Shown here: piece by piece, positions 38,431 to 48,359 of the stretch | How the letters are laid out: the number at the start of each line of letters is the position of its first letter | Position numbering within the stretch: position 1 is the stretch's first letter | Assembly (NCBI GenBank): GCA_017654855.1 | Contig: CM030334.1 | Span: 2,852,001-2,916,000, forward strand | Length of the DNA stretch: 64,000 bases | Direction of reading: 5' to 3' | Source of the DNA: Podospora anserina | Taxonomy: Eukaryota | Notes under the pieces: model-generated | The model's input: the letters and a program-made list of their open reading frames with translations, nothing else | Database searches by the model: none | What the model was told of the DNA's origin: nothing | Translations under genes and position numbers: made by a program

Positions 38431-40761
38431 CTACAACTTCGCCCTCCCACCCTCCTCCCCCCTCCCCAACCCCTCACTCAACCCAACCCTCCCCCACCAA
38501 AACTCACAAGCCTCCCTCTCCAGCCTTGTCAAGCTCTCCACCTTGACCGGATACCCTTGCTTCCTCTCCTGTGGCGGCACACTCCTATCCCGCTCATTAT
38601 TCCCCTCCCCAAAAACCATCACCCTCCCCTTCCCCAAATCCTTCCACCACCCCTCCCGCTTCATCGGACTCTCAAACCTCGGCCATTGCACCCTCCTCCC
38701 CCTCGCAGCGTTAACATCCCCCCCCTTACTAGCCACAAATCCCGACCAAAAAGAAATCATCTCATCCGCCGTCCTGACCAACCCCGGCCTCTCATTCCCG
38801 TAACCCAAAAACTCCATATCATGCGCCACAACAGGCGCTTCATCCCCGTGATTAGCGGCTCCAAAGACACCAGTAGCAGCATACCGATATACATAAACGT
38901 TGGAAATCCCAGAAAGGGACATGAAATGCGCTGATTGCAGAACGGGGCATATATAAGCGTAGTGGGAGTACGCCGTGTCCAATCTATTCCACTGAGCCCC
39001 CTTTCCATTAGGAACAGAGACATACGGGCTGAGGGTCGGGTTCGTCACCGGGTCGGGGTACAATTCTTCCAATTTATCCAAATCAGCATCCTTCAACGTC
39101 GGGATCAAAGTCTTGAAAAAGGAGCGGAATTCAGAATTGGTGGAGGCGTCAGGGGGGATGAAGATTGTGCCTTCGTTTGTGTTGTACCCGGTGATGATCG
39201 GGATTTTGAGGTGGTGGCTGTTCTGCCAGGAGGAGATGGGGAGGTCGGGGATGATGTCTGGGAGGGTGTGGTTCGCGTGGGAGGAGTTGGAGTAGGGGTT
39301 TGGGCCGTCGATGACGGGCTGGAAGGGCCAGGTGACGCTGTCGACGTACTTGTCCCAGACGGCTTTGGAGCCGGCGACGATGGTTTTGAGGGGGAGGGTG
39401 CGGAGGTGGGGGAAAATTTCGGATTCGGGGATGTGGGCTGCGTTGATGGCGGTGAGGAACTCGCGGAATTGGATGAGGTGGCGGGGGTGGGTGGGATAGA
39501 AGACTGCGCGGGCGGTGGTGGCGCCGGATTCGAGGATGGCTTTGTGGAAGGGGGGTGGTCTGGGGGAGTTGGCGTAGTGCATGATGTGGTGGCCGATCTG
39601 ATAATGTTAGTATCATATGCTCAGACGAGATGGTAAGTGAGGACATACCGAATGGGCACCGGCACTGAGTCCCATGATGGTGACATTGTCCTTGTCACCA
39701 CCAAAGGCACCGATGTTGTCTTGCACCCACTCCAAAAGCGCCTGCTGGTCTCTCAGCCCGAGATTCAAAATCCCTTCCCTAGCAGTAATATCGCTCGGTA
39801 GAAAGCCCAGCGCGCCCACCCTGTAGTTGAAGTTCACAGCAACGATATCGTGCTCCGCCCAGGCGACGAAACTGGCCATGTTCCTCTCAATGCCTTTTCC
39901 AGCATTGAACCCTCCTCCGTGAATGTACACCACTACTGGCAGCTTTAGCTCGTTTCCGTCTTGACCTTTCCCATCTTTCCCCTTGATCAGTCCAGCAGGC
40001 CTGTAGACATTCAGGTTTAGGCAATTCTCGCCCTGGCCTATATATACCACCCCATCGTTGATCGGACAGAACTCTCCGTATCTCGTAGCTTGAAATGTTT
40101 CCTTCGATGGCTCTAGTGGCTGTGGTGGCCTGAATCTGTTTTGCCCTCCGGTCGTCTGAGCATAGGGGATGCCCCTGAATGCCTCCACCGATTTCTTGAA
40201 TCTTGGCGCTTTGAGGTTTGTCGCCCCGATGTAAATGCCCTGCTTCAACTCGACTGCCGGAGCCGTCGCTTTCACACCGCTGCCCTTCCCTGTTGCTTTC
40301 CCTGGTGATGCTGTTGGTTTCGTCATTCTGACCAGTGTTGTCGTCGTCACCGGCGGTAAAATGAAAGCAGGCAAGTCCCCCAAAGAAATCTTCGTCCCTT
40401 GCTGCCCGGGTCTCGATGTCCCCAGCCCAGCGCCTGAATATGAATTCTTCAGTGAATATCCGTAACCGTGGCCATAGACTTTTAGATAGATCCACACCAA
40501 CACTAACACAGCGAGCCCTGATATCCAAAGCGATAACCTGTTCCTGAAAAAGCCTCCTCTCGAATGGCCGTAAGAATATGATCTATGATTCGGTCGGACC
40601 AGGGGCCTCTGCTTTATACCCATTCCTAATCCTCCTCCTCCTCCATGCGACGAGGTTCGGGTTCGGTGTTGTTGTTGGAGAAGAAGCTCCACCGTTGCAC
40701 TTCTTCCAGACCGGGACCCGCTGCTAAAATGCGGAGAAGCTTCGCGGTCCTTGGCGTACAT
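38431..40761 (-). CDS. Type-B carboxylesterase/lipase with N-terminal TM segment and C-terminal AKL
   Basis: FRGIPYA, ENCLNLNVYRP, VYIHGGGF, NYRVGALGF, NLGLRDQ, FGGDKDNVTIMGLSAGAHS (catalytic Ser), GYNTNEG, NHGDE. One intron ~39598-39648. Confidence 0.9.
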
Positions 40762-41810
40762 CTTGGTCGCCTGGGTGGCTGCGGAGCGGGAGAGTGGTAG
40801 AAAAAGGGTCTCTCGGCTATAATCTACCGGTGTATATCGTCATATCCATAGTATTTCCTTCTCTTTCGGGCTTCTGTGATCGTCGTTTCTTCTCCCGGTT
40901 TCTCGCAGGACGCAGCAGTGTTTGAGTACAAAGGCTTGAGAGTAGGTTTGTGTAGCGGTGGTTAACGGTTTCCGGGTTCGGTCGCTCGGGGCAATTGGTC
41001 CAGCGGCTGTTGAGGTCGCACAGCGGTTTTTGGTGTCTGAGATTCGAGTTGGCGCAAACTCTAAAATTTTGGAAGAACATTTGGGAAGCTGACCGTTTAC
41101 ATTGAGAACGAACGACTTAAAATGAACGACTGGAGAGAGGACGAGGGCAAAGCCACGCTCGTCTGAACATCGTGACGGCGGCACGGACACAACCATCCTT
41201 ATAGGTTTCACCTCACTTTCGGATCAACGACGGCGAGGCTGCATATCAAACCCTTGACAATCGCCCGATTGAGCTGCATTTATCGACATGTAACACGAGA
41301 TATTCCCACCTCACATCCCCTATCATCAGGCACGGAGACTCTTTGGGTCTAGACTCAGGCACATGTTGTGGTTACTGCACCCGTCCGGTCTCCGGCTCGG
41401 ACGATGGGGGTTGTTGGTTGTTGGTCTTTCGGTCTATGATTTATGGGCTTTGTAGACATTCCACATGGTATGTATAATCAACTCAAACCTGATGACGAAG
41501 TCTCTAAACAGAATCAATCAAGCCCAGCCATAGTCAACAAGGCAGACTTGAGGGCTTCCGAGTTGTTCGCATCAGGTGATTTGCACTATATCAAATCTGT
41601 AGACCTCTCACCTATAGGCGGACGATGGAGCGGCTGAGCATGAGCCACACCAATTCCAAGCGGCAAGGCACCCACGATCTGACTGACTGCCAGCTGGATA
41701 AGGCTCTGCGGAAGAAAGTGCATTTCCTTCTTCTATCAACTTTCTGAAAGCACATCAGAACATCTAATTAATACAGCATACATCTTCGACAGGGACGCGC
41801 TTGAACAATT

Positions 41811-44800
41811 ATGATGCCCTCGGTCTTGCCATCACACCGGAAGCGGATGGCAACCGATGAATTACAGGAAGAACGCTCCATTCTACCGCCGCCGTCCGCT
41901 AGGGTTCCCCGGGGCCTGGTTGACAGTGACCGAAACCAGATCCTAGAACCTGCCGTTGCCAACGAGTGCGTACTTTTGCTGGTTTGATGTCTCAATAGAC
42001 TGTTTGCTGACAGTTGCCAGTGCCGTGGCAGAAACACCTCAGCGGACTTCCCTTGGACTATCGCAGGACCGTCAGTTAGTAATCCGGTCTTCGACAACCA
42101 ACAATGTAGTCAGCACGTATGTCCCACCCCGACGTCCAGCCAAACGGAGCGACTTCAGCATTGCCATCATCTGCGCGCTCCCATCAGAGGCCACTGCCGT
42201 GGACGCTGTCTTCGACGTCTACTGGGATGACAAGGGTCCACCTTACGACAAAGTTGCTGGTGATCCCAATGCGTATACCACCGGTGCCATTGGTCGTCAC
42301 AATGTTGTTCTCGCACAGATGTCAGAGATAGGGAAAGTAAGCTCTGCGGTGGTGGCATCCAACTGCAGGCACAGTTTCCCCAACATCAAGCTCGCACTTG
42401 TTGTGGGGGTCTGCGGCGGCGTCCCTTTTAGCTCTACAGACGATGTCAGCACAGAGATTATACTTGGCGATGTTATCATCAGTACTGGGATCATTCAGTA
42501 CGATTTGGGACGACAGTATGATGATCACTTCGAAATCAAGGCCGGGCTTTTGGATACTCTCCCCAGGCCCAGTCGAGAAGTACGCTCTTTTCTCTCGAAA
42601 CTGACGCTCCCGCGGCAGAGGAAGATGCTTGAAGAGGAAATGGCCAAGATCATGTCGGTCCTGTCTGCCCTGCCGGCCCAGTTGGGCCTGTCTACCCAAT
42701 ATCCAGGCGCAGCAAAGGACAAGCTTTATAAGGCAACCTACAGCCATATCCGCGAAAAGGAGTTGTGCGAGACCTGTGGGTGCGACGGCGAATTAGTGAC
42801 ACGCGAGAGGCTCGGTCATGAAACTCCGCATCCTATGGTTCACCTGGGTACCATGGCTTCAGGCGACAGCGTCGTGAAATCAGCAGCATATCGCGACAAG
42901 ATTGTGGCGGACTCGAAATTGAAATTGGAGGAGAACATCATAGGGTTCGAGATGGAAGGAGCAGGAGTTTGGGACACATTCCCTTGTGTTGTGATCAAGG
43001 CTGTCTGTGACTATGCGGACAGTCACAAGGCGAAAGGATGGCAGCCATACGCAGCTGCTACCGCCGCCGCGTGTATGAAAGCATTCTTGAAGAAATGGAC
43101 TCCTTCTCCTTCTCTTCAGGACGATACCTGTACGTAATAGTCTCATTAGCTTGCAATCTCTACATACTATCTCGGAAGTTGTCTCATGCGCATTTAGTTT
43201 CTGTTCCATACCCACGGAACAATAACTTCGTCGGTCGGTCAGATATTTTAGCGAAGCTACATCAACTGTCGTGCAACTCCACCTCACAGACTCGAGTTGC
43301 TCTCTGCGGTCTTGGGGGCATCGGGTAAGTTCAATTCGTTCATGCTGTTAATATCACCTAACACCTGACAGGAAAACACAAATTGCCATCGAGTTCACAT
43401 ATCGGATCCAGCGTACTTACCCCAACATATCAGTCTTTTGGGTTCACGCAAGCAACCACGAGCGGTTCCGTGAAGCATACACTGCTATCGCACAAAAATA
43501 CCGGATCCCCGGGCATGAAGATCCCAAAGCAGAGGTGCTGCCATTGGTAAAGAGCTGGTTAGAAAGCCAGGAGCGTGGTCAGTGGATCATGGCAATCGAT
43601 AATGCTGATGATCTGGAGCTTTTCAACAGCAATGGTAGATTGGGACGCTACCTTCCAGAGTGTGCGCACGGGACTATCCTCATCACCACAAAAAGCCTGC
43701 AGGTCGCCTTGAGACTAACCAAAGGAATGGCCTCGTCCGTTATTAGTATCGAAAAAATGGATGAAGTCGATACAGCCCAGTTGCTCTCAACACGGCTTGC
43801 AGGAATCGACACGATGCCCGGGGATTATGCAGGACTTTCTGCTCGGCTTGAGCATCTACCATTGGCACTGGTTCAGGCGGCTTCGTTCATCCAAGAGAAC
43901 AGTATCACGATCTCTCGATACATCCAACTCCTGGACGAGAGCGACGACGAGACTCTTATCAATCTACTTAGCAAAGACTGTGAAACGGATGGGAGAGACT
44001 CGGACACTCCTCGCGCAGTAGCAGAGGTTTGGATTATCTCTTTCAAGCAAATTCACAATCGGAACACCCTCGCAGGCGAGCTTCTTGCAATCATGAGTTT
44101 CCTCGATCGCCAGACCATTCCCTACGAATTTCTTTTCACGTACGCCAAAGACCACGGTGCAGGAGAGCTTCAGCTCATCGAGGCACTAGGGGTATTAAAA
44201 GCGTTTTCATTTGTCACTGAAGACAAAGACCAGAAATTTGATATCCATCGACTCGTGCATTTGGTCACTCGAAAATGGCTGGTTCAGAACGGCATAAAGC
44301 AAAAATTCGCCGAGCGGGCACTCTTGGTCGTGACTGTGTGTTTCCCGTGGGGGGAGTACAAGAATTGGACTATATGCAACGCATACCTCCCGCACACCAC
44401 TGCTGTGTTAAAACTAGGAGAAGACATTTCCTCAAGACAAGGAAAGCTGGCGAGAGCAAGCCTTCTTCATAATGCGGGCGCGCTTTTCTCTGGACGGGGA
44501 GATTTCCAGAGAGCGGCATTGTACCTGAAAGAAGTATGGGAGATCAGTCAAGCCCACTTGGGCGAAGAGCACCCAGGCACATTAACCAGTATGAACAACC
44601 TAGCATCAACATACCAGTCACAAGGCCGGTGGAAGGAGGCCGAATTACTACACCTGCAAGTACTGGAAACTGGAAAGAGGGTTCTAGGAGAAGAACATCC
44701 CCATACATTGGCTAGTATGCACAGCCTAGCATCAACATACCGGTCACAAAGCCGGTGGAAGGAGGCCGAATTACTACACCTGCAAGTACTGGAAACTGGA

Positions 44801-46882
44801 AAGAGGGTTCTAGGAGAAGAACATCCCCATATATTGGCTAGTATGCACAGCCTAGCATCAACATACCAGTCACAAGGCCGGTGGAAGGAGGCCGAATTAC
44901 TACAACTGCAAGTACTGGAAATTCGAAAGAGGGTTCTAGGAGAAGAGCACCCAGGCACAATAACCAGTATGAACAACCTAGCATCAACATACCAGTCACA
45001 AGGCCGGTGGAAGGAGGCCGAATTACTATACCTGCAAGTAGTGGAAATTCGAAAGAGGGTTCTAGGAGAAGAACATCCCGATACATTAAATAGTATGCAC
45101 AACCTAGCATCAACATACCAGTCACAAGGCCGGTGGAAGGAGGCCGAATTACTATACCTGCAAGTAGTGGAAATTCGAAAGAGGGTTCTAGGAGAAGAAC
45201 ATCCCGATACATTAAATAGTATGCACAACCTAACATCAACATACCAGTCACAAGGCCGGTGGAAGGAGGCCGAATTACTACAACTGCAAGTACTGGAAAT
45301 TCGAAAGAGGGTTCTAGGAAAAGAATATCCCGATACATTAAATAGTATGCACAACCTAGTATTAACATACCAGTCACAAGGCCGGTGGAAGGAGGCCGAA
45401 TTACTACACCTGCAAGTACTGGAAACTGGAAAGAGGGTTCTAGGAGAAGAACATCCCCATACATTGGCTAGTATGCACAGCCTAGCATCAACATACCAGT
45501 CACAAGGCCGGTGGAAGGAGGCCGAATTACTACACCTGCAAGTACTGGAAACTGGAAAGAGGGTTCTAGGAGAAGAACATCCCCATACATTGGCTAGTAT
45601 GCACAGCCTAGCATCAACATACCAGTCACAAGGCCGGTGGAAGGAGGCCGAATTACTACAACTGCAAGTACTGGAAATTCGAAAGAGGGTTCTAGGAAAA
45701 GAACATCCCGATACATTAAATAGTATGCACAACCTAGCATCAACATACCGGTCACAAAGCCGGTGGAAGGAGGCCGAATTACTACACCTGCAAGTACTGG
45801 AAATTCGAAAGAGGGTTCTAGGAGAAGAACATCCCCATACATTGGCTAGTATGCACAGCCTAGCATCAACATACCAGTCACAAGGCCGGTGGAAGGAGGC
45901 CGAATTACTACAACTGCAAGTAGTGGAAATTCGAAAGAGGGTTCTAGGAGAAGAGCACCCAGGCACAATAACCAGTATGAACAACCTAGCATCAACATAC
46001 CAGTCACAAGGCCGGTGGAAGGAGGCCGAATTACTATACCTGCAAGTAGTGGAAATTCGAAAGAGGGTTCTAGGAGAAGAACATCCCGATACATTAAATA
46101 GTATGCACAACCTAGCATCAACATACCGGTCACAAAGCCGGTGGAAGGAGGCCGAATTACTACACCTGCAAGTACTGGAAACTGGAAAGAGGGTTCTAGG
46201 AGAAGAACATCCCCATACATTGGCTAGTATGCACAGCCTAGCATCAACATACCGGTCACAAAGCCGGTGGAAGGAGGCCGAATTACTACACCTGCAAGTA
46301 GTGGAAATTCGAAAGAGGGTTCTAGGAGAAGAACATCCCGATACATTAAATAGTATGCACAACCTAGCATCAACATACCGGTCACAAAGCCGGTGGAAGG
46401 AGGCCGAATTACTACACCTGCAAGTACTGGAAACTGGAAAGAGGGTTCTAGGAGAAGAACATCCCCATATATTGGCTAGTATGCACAGCCTAGCATCAAC
46501 ATACCGGTCACAAAGCCGGTGGAAGGAGGCCGAATTACTACACCTGCAAGTACTGGAAACTGGAAAGAGGGTTCTAGGAGAAGAACATCCCCATACATTG
46601 GCTAGTATGCACAGCCTAGCATCAACATACCGGTCACAAAGCCGGTGGAAGGAGGCCGAATTACTACACCTGCAAGTAGTGGAAATTCGAAAGAGGGTTC
46701 TAGGAGAAGAGCACCCAGGCACAATAACCAGTATGAACAACCTAGCATCAACATACCAGTCACAAGGCCGGTGGAAGGAGGCCGAATTACTACAGTTGCA
46801 AGTAGTGGAAATTCGAAAGAGGGTTCTAGGAGAAGAACATCCCGATACATTAAATAGTATGCACAACCTGGCCTTAACTTGA
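41811..46882 (+). CDS. Fungal NLR-like STAND protein: PNP_UDP_1 (nucleoside phosphorylase) - NB-ARC - TPR repeats; stops at TGA 46880-46882 unless bypassed
   Basis: Start ATG 41811 or 41847; introns ~41966-42020, ~43130-43197 and ~43325-43371. PNP motifs IAIICALPSEA, GDPNAYTTGAIGRHNVV, LVVGVCGG, GFEMEGAG, IKAVCDYADSHK. P-loop GLGGIG/KT split by an intron; Walker B IDNADD; ILITT; LPLALVQA; IHRLVH (MHD-like); then kinesin-light-chain-type TPRs. Confidence 0.92.
44558..46882 (+). repeat. Tandem array of 18 complete + 1 partial 126-bp (42-aa) highly conserved TPR units
   Basis: LGEEHPxTLxSMxxLASTYxSQxRWKEAELLxLQVxExxKRV at exact 126-bp spacing (unit starts 44558+126n); most nucleotides identical between units. 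Confidence 0.97.
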
Positions 46883-47599
46883 AGGGGTCTGGGGCGGCCT
46901 AATGATGCGTTAGAGCTGCTTGAAGAATGCCTTTGTCTGAGAGAGAAAGTGCTTGGGTTAGATCATCATGGGACCATTAACACACAAGCGGAAATAGCTT
47001 GGTCATATATGGAGCAAGGTCGATTACCTGAGGCTGAAAGAATACAAGCGGGAATGCTAGGAAAGCGGAAAAGGATATTGGGAGAAGAGCATCTTCACAC
47101 GCTGATCAGCATGATTAACCTCGCACATACTTGGAAGGTCATGGGTCGCCTTGAGGCAGCTGTAGAGTTGATGCAGGAGTGTGTTCGCCTCCGTCAGAAG
47201 GTCTTGGGCTCGGATCATCCCGATACCGTCGAAAGTTTGTCGGCACTGGAAGAATGGCAGGATTTGAGAGGCGAAGGCGGTGGCAACGGGAACACACACG
47301 GCAATTCTGAGGCAAACACTGCAATGAAGAGCGGTGAGAACGCCGGTGGGAGCAGCAGTCACCACGAAGACGTCGATAACGGCACGGATGACGATGCTGG
47401 TTACGAGGGCAACGAGAACGGGAACAACAAGGCTGGCCAGAGCTCAGAATCTCAGCAATGTCAGGCCACCAGGGGCGGGGATGAGAAAGGCAACATCGGG
47501 GACGGAATCCAAGATGGCGAGGGGCGGCGCAGCAGCGAAGATGGGAAGACAGTTGAGGCTGACGAAAGTGGATATGGGCCTAGGCCAGAACGTTTCTAG
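46883..47599 (+). other. In-frame continuation of the NLR beyond the TGA: divergent C-terminal TPRs plus a Gly/Asn/Asp/Glu-rich tail
   Basis: Same frame as the 43535 ORF (46949-43535 = 3414 = 3x1138). Reads ...NLALT*RGLGRPNDALELLEECLCLREKVLGLDHHGT...NLAHTWKVMGRLEAAVELMQECVRLRQKVLGSDHPDT. Confidence 0.85.
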
Positions 47600-48359
47600 G
47601 AATATTATCAGGATAAACAGGGAGGGCTGGAGCAGAGCTTTGTCTAATAGCTAACGCCACTTGAGGAACTACCTAGGAAAGGAGGGGACGACAGGTATCG
47701 TGGAATACTCAGTTTCCTTCTTTTATTCTGATGTTTTTCAGCTTTTGACAGTATGTTTCAGGGCCACATACCTATATCGCGGATTTCATTCTGTAGCTTA
47801 ATTGTGTGTATCACGCCTAGGTAGCCATAGCTAATTACAAAATATTGTGTGGCCCGGAACCATACCTTCGTCATCACCAACAATCGATATTCCGTACCAC
47901 TTCCAGCCAGCTTTGCTCGGCTTCTTGCTGTTGCTACTTCAACAGGGACTGTAATTGAGCTGATGTACTTACTGCTGGTACTCTTTTGACCAGAGCAATA
48001 TACATTTCTTGGACACGATAGAAACGTCGAAGACCGTAAAGACAGGGGGGCATTGCAAAGGCAGCCTTTAGATTTTACCAAGTCGACATGATGTCAACCA
48101 GTACAGGTGATGATGGTAATCTGTTCCATTCTCCCTAACATAACATACAGTATTCCTCTTCAAACCCAACTTCACTCTTCCCAAGCCAAAAACCAACCCC
48201 CTAACAATACCCCATCTCTTCTAACCCCCCACCAAAAACCCCAATCATAATCCTAACAATACCCTATCTGTCTTTCCTTACAGCAATCAATCCAGAATCA
48301 AAAGAAAACGACTCCCAAATAATAAAAACTCCAAGCTAACAAAACCCTTCCCCCACCAT

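Noticed and set aside
44548-46866. 772-aa Cys-rich antisense ORF (and shorter alternative-frame ORFs) over the TPR array
   Set aside because: A stop-free 126-bp unit repeated in tandem automatically gives a long antisense ORF; its limits coincide with the array.
44558-46882. CRISPR-like or satellite interpretation of the periodic array
   Set aside because: No unique spacers; units are in-frame 42-aa TPR coding repeats in a eukaryotic gene.
46880-46882. Selenocysteine recoding, or RIP origin, of the TGA
   Set aside because: The position corresponds to Trp/Tyr rather than Cys, and Dikarya lack Sec machinery. TGG>TGA is a CpC-context change, whereas typical RIP would give TAG.
47265-47599. Gly/Asn-rich NLR tail as an amyloid signalling motif
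   Set aside because: Fungal amyloid motifs (HET-s, sigma, PP) occur at NLR N-termini with an adjacent effector gene. This tail is C-terminal, highly acidic, lacks a recognisable pattern and has no partner nearby.
41200-48350. Transposon ends, LTRs or target-site duplications flanking the NLR
   Set aside because: No terminal inverted or direct repeats or transposase remnants seen by eye.
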